A program made the translations under genes and the position numbers. A stretch of DNA of 61,248 nt, counting the filler. It is 5 parts of 5 records of this genome, joined end to end, with 100 filler letters (N's around TTAATTAATTAA, not from the genome) between each part and the next. Parts side by side here need not be neighbours in the genome. Positions count along the whole stretch, not along the records: positions 25,973 to 39,548 come from SRR31156797_14617; 4 more parts are not named here. One strand, written 5' to 3'. Positions 28,016-37,062 of this stretch are shown piece by piece. The stretch's first letter is position 1; each line of letters begins with the position of its first letter. Below the pieces are notes generated by a model that saw only the letters and a list, made by a program, of their open reading frames with translations, had not been told where the DNA came from and made no database searches.

Positions 28016-28037
28016 AAAGGCACCAAAAAGTGCCTTT
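28016..28037. terminator. Probable terminator between convergent GNAT and MATE genes
   Basis: AAAGGCAC-CAAAAA-GTGCCTTT. Confidence 0.55.
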
Positions 28038-28073
28038 AAAAACTGATTCTGAAAGTTGGAGTCGCAATCACTC

Positions 28074-29450
28074 CTAAATTTTATCTTTTGCAGCTCTTAG
28101 TTTCTTGAATTCAAGACCTACCATAATAGTTACTAATCCAATAATCACCACATCGATCAGCATTGAGCCCAAGTATACCCAGCGAATACCAAAAAGTCTT
28201 GGCAGGATAAGCATTACAGGTACATAGAATATTAATTGTCTTGCAATACCTAATATTGATGCAGGCTTTGAATTATCAATAGCAGGGAAGAATGTCATTG
28301 ACATAAACATTATCGGCAGTATCGGTAACAAGGATACAAATATCCTGAAATTGTTTAAGTCGAATGCACTGAATATTTTGTCAGGCAGCATGGTAGATAG
28401 TGCAATCTGAGGTGTAATCATCATAAATATCCAGAATGGTGCTATCAGAATTAAGCTAGCTACAGCGAATATTTTGAACCCTTTTATTACACGTTCGTTT
28501 TGATTTGCACCATAGTTTATACCTACTACCGGCTGGAATGCACGCATCAAGCCGAAAATTGGTGTCATCATCAGTGTGAATATTCTGTATACTGCTCCGT
28601 AGAAAGCAATGTCGGACTGAGTGCCGAAACTGGATATTGCATTAAACACAATAATTGCCTGAATAAAGCTCATTACAGACATAATCAGCGATGGCATTCC
28701 CATTGAAATTATTGATTTAGTGATTTCTTTATCACGAGAAACTGCAAATGGTCTTGCTTGAAATGTTGCTTTACCGCTACTAAAATATATCAGTCCGACA
28801 ACTGTATAAACAGCCATTCCTAGGTTTGTACCCCATGCTGCACCTGCTACACCCATACCAAGTATTTTTATAAAGATATAGTTTGCGATTAGATTAACTA
28901 TTAGTCCTGCAGCCATCATTACGGCAGCCTTTTTCATCCTGCCCTCTGCTCGGACAACCATGTTGCCAGCTAGACCGTGCACCCAGAAAATAGCTCCTAT
29001 TACGGTAATTCTGAAGTATTTTGCACCTAAGACCAATGTATCGCCGTAACCGCCCATAACCTTTACTAATGGTTCAGCAAAAATCAGAGCTGCAAGTGTA
29101 TATACTGCAGATATAATAAGTGTTAGGTAGTTCATATTAGGAAGTATCTTGTGCTGTTTGTCCTTATCATTTGCACCTATAGCGATGCTAAGAGCTGATC
29201 CTGCTCCAACACCTATTAATGAACCTAATCCTAATGTTAGCTGAGATAGCGGATATGCAAGTGATACTCCGGCCAAAGCTGTTTCACCTACGAACTGTCC
29301 TACAAATACAGCATCAAATACTGAGTTTAAGCCGTATAATACCATTGCGATAACCGCAGGCCATGATAATTTAAACATCACACTCCATAGGTTATCCTTT
29401 AATATCATATTTTTCTCTTTTGTTTTTGCGTTCAATTGTTCTGTCATCAA
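28074..29450 (-). CDS. MATE-family efflux transporter (MepA-like)
   Basis: DAVFVGQFVGETALAGV, GMGVAGAAWGT, QPVVGINYGA; about 12 TMs. Confidence 0.9.
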   Translation of the reverse strand: MMTEQLNAKTKEKNMILKDNLWSVMFKLSWPAVIAMVLYGLNSVFDAVFVGQFVGETALAGVSLAYPLSQLTLGLGSLIGVGAGSALSIAIGANDKDKQHKILPNMNYLTLIISAVYTLAALIFAEPLVKVMGGYGDTLVLGAKYFRITVIGAIFWVHGLAGNMVVRAEGRMKKAAVMMAAGLIVNLIANYIFIKILGMGVAGAAWGTNLGMAVYTVVGLIYFSSGKATFQARPFAVSRDKEITKSIISMGMPSLIMSVMSFIQAIIVFNAISSFGTQSDIAFYGAVYRIFTLMMTPIFGLMRAFQPVVGINYGANQNERVIKGFKIFAVASLILIAPFWIFMMITPQIALSTMLPDKIFSAFDLNNFRIFVSLLPILPIMFMSMTFFPAIDNSKPASILGIARQLIFYVPVMLILPRLFGIRWVYLGSMLIDVVIIGLVTIMVGLEFKKLRAAKDKI

Positions 29451-29482
29451 TGATTTACCTCGTTAAATATATTTAACACATT

Positions 29483-30511
29483 CTAAATGCGAATATGTTT
29501 TTGTCTTATTTCTTTTGGGTTAACCCCGTATTTAGCGCGAAATGCCTTTGCATATTTTGATGGATTTGAGTAGCCGATTTCATTAGCAATTTCTGCTATC
29601 GTAAGTTCTCTGTCATATAATTTTTCTTTTGAATATTCCAGTCTTCTATCTCGCAGATAGCCATAAACGGTATTATTAAAAGCTAATTTAAAGTCTTTTT
29701 TCAGTTTTGTTGAGTTAATACCTACTGATTTTGCCAGTTCATCGATAGAGGGTGGTTTTGCCATATTTGAATGAAGAAATGACTTGACCATATCCATTCT
29801 AGCCATATCGTAATTGTTTAAATGATTTTGTTCAGATTCAATATTTCTGCTGCTTATCTTTAGTTCTTCAATTTTTAAAGCTAGGAACTCATGAGCTTTG
29901 GCATTTAAAGCTATCATCCTAGGCACAAAGTCCATTTGGAAGTTTATCATCTCATTAATAATTTTTGTTTCTTTATCATTGATGTCTCGACCAAGGTATA
30001 ATTTATCAATCATTTCTTGATTTAGCTGCGCCCAGTTATTGCGGCAACAGTCACTATACTTATTAATCAGACTTAGCACGTATTCTTTATTTGTCATAAT
30101 TGAAATACTTTGATAATTTGTATTTTTGGGATATTTACTGCATCCGGATATATTTTTTTTTGCAAAAAGGAATACCTTGCCGCTGTCAACCCTTATTGGT
30201 ATGCTGCTGTCTGTAAATAAGTTCTCACAGTTTCCTTTAATACAACAGCTGATTTCAAACTGATTAGCTGGCATATCATACTGAATGATTTCATCATTAT
30301 ATAAATATATATTGTTTATCCATATTTCAATATTTTCATCAACTAATATACGTTCTATATACCCTTTGCCGAATTCTTTTTTGATTGTGTACCTGAAAAT
30401 CATATTATTATAACTGCTTTCTAATACTATTCTGTTTAGAAAATGAGCAGTCATATCGTCAGATGAATTAATAATTTTGGATTTTGTCATGATAAGCCCA
30501 AGCCCCTTCAT
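29483..30511 (-). CDS. AraC-family regulator (PchR/YbtA-like)
   Basis: PPSIDELAKSVGINSTKLKKDFK...IGYSNPSKYAKAFRAKYGVNP; start may be 30490. Confidence 0.88.
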   Translation of the reverse strand: MKGLGLIMTKSKIINSSDDMTAHFLNRIVLESSYNNMIFRYTIKKEFGKGYIERILVDENIEIWINNIYLYNDEIIQYDMPANQFEISCCIKGNCENLFTDSSIPIRVDSGKVFLFAKKNISGCSKYPKNTNYQSISIMTNKEYVLSLINKYSDCCRNNWAQLNQEMIDKLYLGRDINDKETKIINEMINFQMDFVPRMIALNAKAHEFLALKIEELKISSRNIESEQNHLNNYDMARMDMVKSFLHSNMAKPPSIDELAKSVGINSTKLKKDFKLAFNNTVYGYLRDRRLEYSKEKLYDRELTIAEIANEIGYSNPSKYAKAFRAKYGVNPKEIRQKHIRI

Positions 30512-30513
30512 AT

Positions 30514-30531
30514 AGTTAGCAAATGCTAACT
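30514..30531. promoter_or_regulatory. Palindromic operator, copy 1
   Basis: AGTTAGCAAATGCTAACT upstream of araC. Confidence 0.7.
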
Positions 30532-30570
30532 TACAATAGTATTTTAATATGTTTATAACTAAAAGTCCAC

Positions 30571-30606
30571 CCCTAAAGGTAATTTTTTGAGCCCTAAAGG
30601 GTATTT
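30571..30606 (+). promoter_or_regulatory. Direct repeat with 21-bp period, probable AraC-family binding site
   Basis: CCCTAAAGG at 30571 and 30592, upstream of TATAAT at 30637. Confidence 0.55.
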
Positions 30607-30655
30607 AGTCCCGGAAAGTATTGTAAATATGATAGGTATAATATAATATTACAAG

Positions 30656-30673
30656 AGTTAGCGTATGCTAATA
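30656..30673. promoter_or_regulatory. Palindromic operator, copy 2
   Basis: AGTTAGCGTATGCTAATA upstream of feoA. Confidence 0.7.
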
Positions 30674-30696
30674 ATATAAATAAAGAAGGTGATTTA

Positions 30697-30921
30697 ATGC
30701 ACGAATTAACAGAGGCTAAAGGGGATAAAAACTATAGAATTTGTAAGATTTCAGGAGACTCAAGGTTTTTGAGCAGAATAATGTCAATGGGACTTGTAGC
30801 TGGTACTGAGCTTAGCGTCATACAAAATGTAAGAAGTCTTCCAGTTCTGATTAAGGCTATGGACACTGAAATAGCATTAAACAAGCAGGAAGCTGCAAGG
30901 ATATTGGTGGAGGTAGTATAG
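30697..30921 (+). CDS. feoA: Ferrous iron transport protein A
   Basis: RIMSMGLVAGTELSV...IALNKQEAARILV; adjacent to feoB. Confidence 0.88.
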   Translation: MHELTEAKGDKNYRICKISGDSRFLSRIMSMGLVAGTELSVIQNVRSLPVLIKAMDTEIALNKQEAARILVEVV

Positions 30922-30922
30922 T

Positions 30923-32980
30923 ATGAGTGAAAGAGTTCTAAAAAATATTGCGTTAGCAGGACAGCCCAATACAGGCAAGTCATCATTATTTAATAAATTA
31001 ACTGGGCTGAATCAGCATGTAGGCAACTGGCCGGGAAAAACTGTTGAACAGAAAAAAGGAGTTTTTAAGCACAATGGGAAGCAGTATAATCTGATTGACT
31101 TACCGGGCACATACAGCCTGACAGCTAATTCATCAGAGGAAATAATATCCAGAGACTATATTGTATCAGATGATGTTGATGTAATAATAACTATGATAGA
31201 TGCTTCACAGCTAAGGCGAAGCATGTACTTGCTTGCTGAGATTATAGGCCTTAACGTACCTGTAATAGCAGTGCTTAACATGATGGATGTAGCAAAAGAC
31301 AAAGGTATAAAAGTTGATATAAATAAGATGGAAGACGCACTAGGAGTACCAGTAATTGAAATGGTTGCAGCAAAAGGGGCAGGGGTAGATGATTTGCTGT
31401 CTGAAATTGATAATAATAAATCATTATCTACTAAGCTGAAAACTGAGAAATTAGTGGAAGAATATGCTGATGCGCTGGGTGAAGACTATAAGAATATAAT
31501 TGATATAATTACAAAATATGAATATGATAATTATTCTCATGAGTGGCTGACGGTGAAGTTGTTGGAAAACGACAGTGATATATTATCCTTAGTTAAAGGA
31601 AAAATTAAGCCAGATGATTTTTATAGAATTAAGAGCATCTTAAAAGATGCTGATGGATTACAGGAAAAATCAGCAGGGGCGAGATTTAACTGGATAAATT
31701 CTATTTATTCTGATTGTGTTACATTAAGCAAGGATAAAGCCGCAAAGAAGCGTGGCGGATTTGACAGGATTGCTACAAGCAGAATTTGGGGTAAGCCACT
31801 GGCTGTGATAATAATGCTTTTTGCTTTCTTGCTTAGTTTTGTTATTATTATGCCGTTTATGCAGATTTTGCTGTCATACGCGCTGCCATCAATTTACGAA
31901 GGATTATCAAGTGCAATGGACAGTGCCAACATAGCTCCATGGCTGACTTCACTAGTTGCAGAAGCTATTATTCCTGCTGCATTCATGGCATTATTTATGG
32001 GTATATTTGTCACTGGTGTATCCTTTGTATTTGGTCTTTTAGAGGATGTTGGATACATGGCACGGGTAGCGTATGTATTTGATGGGCTAATGAGTAAAAT
32101 AGGGCTTCATGGTAAAGCTGTAATGCCTTTTGTTACAAGCTTAGGATGCAATATTGCAGGTGTAACTGGTACAAGAGTTATTGATTCATGGAAACAGAGG
32201 CTGGTTGCTGTTGCGACAAGCTTTGTAGTTCCCTGCTTAGCAATATGGGGAGTTGTAGGTCTGATGGGCTCTCTTTTCTTTGGTGCTAATGCTATTTGGG
32301 TAATATTAGCATTATTTATTGTTGCAATACTCCATATGAAATTCACATCATGGCTGTTTGGTAAAAAACTCCTAAAAGATAATGAGTATACAGGGTTAAT
32401 AATGGAACTGCCACCATATCATAAGCCAAATTGGAAAACAGTCTTTAGAGGAGTATGGAATAGAATAAAAATTGTTGTAACTAAAGCATTCTCTTTAATC
32501 ATAATAGTATCTGTGGTACTGTGGATATTGTCGTATTCGAAAGACGGCAACATAGAAAACAGTATTATTTATCCTATTGGTAAATTTATTGAGCCATTCT
32601 CAAGTCTTTTTGGTATGGACTGGAGACTGTTTATTGCATTTTTAGTATCAGCTGTGGGTAAGGAAGCAGCTCTTGGTGTAATGGCAATATTATTTGGAGC
32701 AGGACAGGGACTGACTAGCTTCTCAGCTAGTATGATACAAGGTGGTATACAATACACTTCAGCAGGCGTGGGAGAAGCTCTTTCTTCATCTATTACTGCA
32801 CCAATGGCATTAGGCTTTATGTTTGCATTTTTCTTTAATGTACCGTGTATGGCTACGATTGCTGCGGCTAACGCAGAGATTCACTCTACTAAGTGGACGA
32901 TTAGAGTTACACTATATTACATAATAACTGCTTTACTTATTGGTGGTGCAGCATATTATGTTGGACTGCTTATATTCTAA
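30923..32980 (+). CDS. feoB: Ferrous iron transport protein B
   Basis: GQPNTGKS, VGNWPGKTVE, DLPG, NMMD, EDVGYMAR, MELPPY, PC gate motifs. Confidence 0.95.
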   Translation: MSERVLKNIALAGQPNTGKSSLFNKLTGLNQHVGNWPGKTVEQKKGVFKHNGKQYNLIDLPGTYSLTANSSEEIISRDYIVSDDVDVIITMIDASQLRRSMYLLAEIIGLNVPVIAVLNMMDVAKDKGIKVDINKMEDALGVPVIEMVAAKGAGVDDLLSEIDNNKSLSTKLKTEKLVEEYADALGEDYKNIIDIITKYEYDNYSHEWLTVKLLENDSDILSLVKGKIKPDDFYRIKSILKDADGLQEKSAGARFNWINSIYSDCVTLSKDKAAKKRGGFDRIATSRIWGKPLAVIIMLFAFLLSFVIIMPFMQILLSYALPSIYEGLSSAMDSANIAPWLTSLVAEAIIPAAFMALFMGIFVTGVSFVFGLLEDVGYMARVAYVFDGLMSKIGLHGKAVMPFVTSLGCNIAGVTGTRVIDSWKQRLVAVATSFVVPCLAIWGVVGLMGSLFFGANAIWVILALFIVAILHMKFTSWLFGKKLLKDNEYTGLIMELPPYHKPNWKTVFRGVWNRIKIVVTKAFSLIIIVSVVLWILSYSKDGNIENSIIYPIGKFIEPFSSLFGMDWRLFIAFLVSAVGKEAALGVMAILFGAGQGLTSFSASMIQGGIQYTSAGVGEALSSSITAPMALGFMFAFFFNVPCMATIAAANAEIHSTKWTIRVTLYYIITALLIGGAAYYVGLLIF

Positions 32981-32997
32981 GTAATTTTCATAAAACG

Positions 32998-33060
32998 AGA
33001 AGGAAGGGCTGCTATAGCCTTTCTTTTCTTGTACTTAAAAAGAGCCCCAAAAGGCTCTTT
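32998..33060. terminator. Two stem-loops between convergent feoB and flavodoxin genes
   Basis: GAAGGGCT-GCTAT-AGCCTTTC and AAAGAGCC-CCAAAA-GGCTCTTT. Confidence 0.6.
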
Positions 33061-33081
33061 ATAAGTATTTAGATAGGATTA

Positions 33082-33510
33082 TTATAAGTTGTTTATAAAA
33101 TCTTTAATTTGAGCATCGAAATCTGCTGGATTGCCGCTAATTCTCAGATTATTGCAGATAATATTTCCGCCTAATTCTACTACCTTTTCATTGATGATAT
33201 CTGTAGCTTGACAGAAAACATCAGGGAAACTGTCTTCATCGCCGCATCCGAATACTGCAACGTGCTTACCTGACAATAGTTCTTTGGTCATACATTTATC
33301 ATAATAGTCCTGAAACTCATCCTGAAGTTCTCCGTAACCCCATGTTGAGCTGCCAAAAAGCACTAAGTCTGCTTCCTGCACCATTGTATCTGTTGCATTG
33401 CTTACACTACTGATTACAACATGTGCATCTGACAAATTGTTCTTTATCATTTCCGCAGCTGTTTCAGTATTACCTGTTGTACTGCCATAGATAATGGCTA
33501 CCTTTTTCAT
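33082..33510 (-). CDS. Short-chain flavodoxin
   Basis: YGSTTGNTE, GSSTWGYGEL, FGCGD; GGAGG RBS before ATG 33510. Confidence 0.92.
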   Translation of the reverse strand: MKKVAIIYGSTTGNTETAAEMIKNNLSDAHVVISSVSNATDTMVQEADLVLFGSSTWGYGELQDEFQDYYDKCMTKELLSGKHVAVFGCGDEDSFPDVFCQATDIINEKVVELGGNIICNNLRISGNPADFDAQIKDFINNL

Positions 33511-33532
33511 TAGTTGTACCTCCAATTATATA

Positions 33533-34096
33533 TTAAGCTGATGACTGTATGTTCATAACGAAATCATGGATTTCTTTCTTTGCTTCCTTCACTTTGAGAT
33601 ATACATTCTCAGAAAGTCTAGTATTGCCGTACATTCTCCAGCCCATTGTCTTTGTGTGGGGTAAATTGATAACGTTCATAAATCCAAGCACATCTTTTAT
33701 TGGATAACCTAAGAAAAATCCAATTTCATGAGGGAAATCACTGCTTGTTATTAGTCTATCAATTAAATGGTCAACATAAGTATTAATGTCCAATTCACTG
33801 CCATATCCAAGGCTGCGTAATTGCTCTTTCACATATTTGTTGTTAAGAGTCTTTTCCAGAGCTTTTGAATTATAAATAAAAAGATGAATACTGTCTGTTT
33901 TTTCTCTTATAATTCTTAGATTAATGCAATTACGTAAGACATAGCAATTCTCATACTGTTTATGTGTAGCGTTAATGATTTCTGCTGGCTTGATTCCTCT
34001 ATATACCACAGCGACACTAGAACAAAAATTACGCCACTTGTAATTGCATACAGCATTGTTACATATCCAATTTCTAATTGTTTTATCCATTCCCAT
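33533..34096 (-). CDS. DUF3793 family protein
   Basis: GIKPAE, FPHEIGFFLGYPIKDVLGF, WRMYG; next to flavodoxin. Confidence 0.85.
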   Translation of the reverse strand: MGMDKTIRNWICNNAVCNYKWRNFCSSVAVVYRGIKPAEIINATHKQYENCYVLRNCINLRIIREKTDSIHLFIYNSKALEKTLNNKYVKEQLRSLGYGSELDINTYVDHLIDRLITSSDFPHEIGFFLGYPIKDVLGFMNVINLPHTKTMGWRMYGNTRLSENVYLKVKEAKKEIHDFVMNIQSSA

Positions 34097-34112
34097 TACC
34101 CCTTTCTATTAA

Positions 34113-34232
34113 AGTTAGCATATGCTAACTGTATTTTAACACATATACTCAGTTTGTCAATGCTAACTTTATGTTGACTGTCACGTTTGTTTGCTTTATA
34201 ATGTCAATGAAAAAGATTAGCTTTAGCTAACT
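34113..34232. promoter_or_regulatory. Palindromic operator, copies 3-5, in a divergent promoter region
   Basis: AGTTAGCATATGCTAACT (34113-34130, perfect), AGTTTGTCAATGCTAACT (34151-34168), GATTAGCTTTAGCTAACT (34215-34232). Confidence 0.72.
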
Positions 34233-34250
34233 ATGAGTTTGGAAAGGCAG

Positions 34251-34904
34251 ATGATTTCTATTAAATCTAATATTACTGGAAGAAAAGAACAAAGATTCTG
34301 GAACAACATGGCCAAAGGCTACGATATATTTATAAAAAAGCGTGCCGATGATGAATATGAAATAATTTACCAAAAAATTTTACAAGACATCAAAAGTTCT
34401 GATAATGTCTTGGAGATGGCAACAGGTACTGGTGAAATAGCAATTAGAGTGGGTAGTAAAGCAGACAGTGTTACTGCCATTGATTTTGCTGAAAAAATGA
34501 TTGATTTAGCAAGGATCAAAGCAATAGAAAATGAAATAAATAATATTAGTTTTTTATTAAGCGACTGTTGTGAAGTACAGTTTGAGGATAAAACTTTTGA
34601 TAAAGTAATTTGCTCCAATGCATTACATCTGATGCTAAATCCTGAGTTAGCATTAAAAGAAATGCATAGAGTACTAAAAGATGATGGACAGATAATCATA
34701 CCAACATATTGTCATGGTGAAAGCATAAACAGCAGGATTCTTTCCTACATGATGAGAATATTTGGATTTAACACACATAATAGATGGTCAGCAAAATCAT
34801 TTAAAAAGTTTGTTACTGATAATGGTTTTAGAGTTAACGAATTTGATATAATTGGTGGAACAATACCATTTACATTTATTAGAGCGGTTAAAGCACTAAA
34901 CTGA
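34251..34904 (+). CDS. Class I SAM-dependent methyltransferase (UbiE-like)
   Basis: VLEMATGTG, FDKVICSNALH, EMHRVLK; start 34251 or 34233. Confidence 0.88.
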   Translation: MISIKSNITGRKEQRFWNNMAKGYDIFIKKRADDEYEIIYQKILQDIKSSDNVLEMATGTGEIAIRVGSKADSVTAIDFAEKMIDLARIKAIENEINNISFLLSDCCEVQFEDKTFDKVICSNALHLMLNPELALKEMHRVLKDDGQIIIPTYCHGESINSRILSYMMRIFGFNTHNRWSAKSFKKFVTDNGFRVNEFDIIGGTIPFTFIRAVKALN

Positions 34905-34916
34905 ATAGAGGTAAAA

Positions 34917-35306
34917 ATGAAAAAAGTATTATTAGTTATTGGTGGGTTAATAGCACTCGTACTAGGATGTATTGGAATAGTACTGCCTATTCTGCCTACA
35001 TGTCCATTTCTGATTGTTTCATCAATATGTTTTTTAAATAGTTCAGAGCGTCTGAATGAATGGTTTAAAAAGACTAAAATTTACAATAAACATGTAAAGT
35101 CATTTAAAGAAAGCGGCGGACTGACTTTGAAAGCAAAGTTATCGATATTAATTCCGGTTTATATAGTATTAGGCTTTCTGTTTGTATATAAAGATATTCT
35201 CGCTATGCGTATAACTATTGCAGTACTACTTATTATTAAGACAATTGTTTTTATTAAAATGCCTACTATAAAAAATAATAAGAAGGCAGAGGTATTAAAT
35301 GATTAA
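34917..35306 (+). CDS. YbaN/DUF454 family membrane protein
   Basis: LGCIGIVLPILPTCPF...SSERL. Confidence 0.88.
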   Translation: MKKVLLVIGGLIALVLGCIGIVLPILPTCPFLIVSSICFLNSSERLNEWFKKTKIYNKHVKSFKESGGLTLKAKLSILIPVYIVLGFLFVYKDILAMRITIAVLLIIKTIVFIKMPTIKNNKKAEVLND

Positions 35307-37062
35307 TAAAAGATTAATCAACCTATGTACTGACAGTAAAAAGTACATAGTGCTTAACATATTAACTAAATGTATTGATCTTCTGTGCAATATAGGAATT
35401 GTATATATTATAGCTTCAATAGTTAGTACATTATACAATAGTAAAGATATTAAATTAAAGAGCTTGATTCTGTACACCATAGTAATACTACTTGCCAGGT
35501 TTTTTTCAAATCGTTATGAGACAATTTTTGCATATAAGTCATCACAAAAAGCAAAAAATGCTTTAAGAGAAATGGCGTTCGTAAAGCTTTTTCGTCTAGG
35601 CATTAGCTATGAAAACCATATGTCAACAGGATCCATAGTTCAATCGGTTGGTGATGGTATTGAGTCACTAGACAATTACTTTGGTAAGTATCTGCCGCAG
35701 ATAGTGTTTGCGCTATTTTCACCAGTAATACTGTTTGTATTAATTTCACAGATTTCTTTTGCGTCTGCTGTAGCCTTAATCATTGGTGTTCCACTAATAC
35801 CTGTTTCTATAATTGCATTTATGAAGATTGCCAAAAGCGTTATGAAAAAGCATTGGAATAATTACTCTGATTTAGGTAATTCATTCTTGGAAAGCTTGCA
35901 TGGATTAACTACACTGAAACTCTTTAAGGCTGATGAACTTCATCAGAATAAGTTAAACAATGAAACTGAAAAGTTTAGAAAAATAACAATGAAAGTACTG
36001 TCAGTTCAGCTTAATTCAATAACCATAATGGACATAATCGCATATGGAGGAGCAGGCTTAGGTTGCATTATTGCCTTGACTCAGATGCAGTCAGGAAATA
36101 TTGACATAGGTCAGATGATCATAATTACTTTACTTTCAGCTAATTTCTTTATCCCCCTGAGGCTTTTGGGCTCATATTTTCACATTGCTACAACTTCTAT
36201 GGCTGCAGCAGATAAAATATTTGAATTACTTGATATAGAAGAGAATAATGATGGGGATAATATAGAAATTGAAAGTATTGAAAGTATTAAAGCAAATGAT
36301 TTAAGTTATTCTTATATAGATGGTAAAGAAGTGCTAAATAATATTAGCTTTGAGATTGAGAAAAATCAAACCATTGCTTTTGTAGGAGAATCAGGAAGCG
36401 GAAAGAGTACAATTGCCAAGCTTCTGATAAAAGTACTAAGTACTAATACTGGTAATTTGAAAATAAACGATATTGATATTAATAGAATTAGTTCAGCGAG
36501 TATTGCAAAGCATATCAACTTGTTAGCATCTGACAGTTATATTTTTAATACTACAATACTGGAAAATTTATTAATGGCAGATCTGAATGCAGCAAATGAT
36601 GAAATAAACGATAAATTAAAAACTGCACGATTATTTGATTTTGCCTATAATCAGACTGAGAAACTGAATACAAGAGTTGGCGAGGGAGGTTCTATGCTAT
36701 CTGGCGGTCAGAAGCAGAGACTGGCACTTGCCAGAAGTCTTTTATCAGGCAGGGAAGTACTTATCCTGGATGAGGCAACATCAAATATTGACAGCCAGTC
36801 CGAAGAGATGATATTTGATGCTGTTAATTCATTAAAAGGCAGCAAGACATTTGTGATAATATCACACAGATTAGCGAATGTAGTGAATGCTGATAAGATT
36901 TATTTATTAAAAGATGGTAAAATAGTAGAAGCCGGAGATCATAACCAATTAATAAGTAAAAAAGGTGAGTATTACAGAATGCACAAGAAGCAGGAGGAAT
37001 TGGAGAATATCAGAAAGAAAGGAGCTGTTGGTGAAGAAAAAAGACTATTGGGTGTTTCTTAG
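35299..37062 (+). CDS. ABC transporter fused permease/ATPase (CydD-like)
   Basis: TM domain, GESGSGKST, LSGGQKQR, LDEATS. Confidence 0.9.
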   Translation: MINKRLINLCTDSKKYIVLNILTKCIDLLCNIGIVYIIASIVSTLYNSKDIKLKSLILYTIVILLARFFSNRYETIFAYKSSQKAKNALREMAFVKLFRLGISYENHMSTGSIVQSVGDGIESLDNYFGKYLPQIVFALFSPVILFVLISQISFASAVALIIGVPLIPVSIIAFMKIAKSVMKKHWNNYSDLGNSFLESLHGLTTLKLFKADELHQNKLNNETEKFRKITMKVLSVQLNSITIMDIIAYGGAGLGCIIALTQMQSGNIDIGQMIIITLLSANFFIPLRLLGSYFHIATTSMAAADKIFELLDIEENNDGDNIEIESIESIKANDLSYSYIDGKEVLNNISFEIEKNQTIAFVGESGSGKSTIAKLLIKVLSTNTGNLKINDIDINRISSASIAKHINLLASDSYIFNTTILENLLMADLNAANDEINDKLKTARLFDFAYNQTEKLNTRVGEGGSMLSGGQKQRLALARSLLSGREVLILDEATSNIDSQSEEMIFDAVNSLKGSKTFVIISHRLANVVNADKIYLLKDGKIVEAGDHNQLISKKGEYYRMHKKQEELENIRKKGAVGEEKRLLGVS

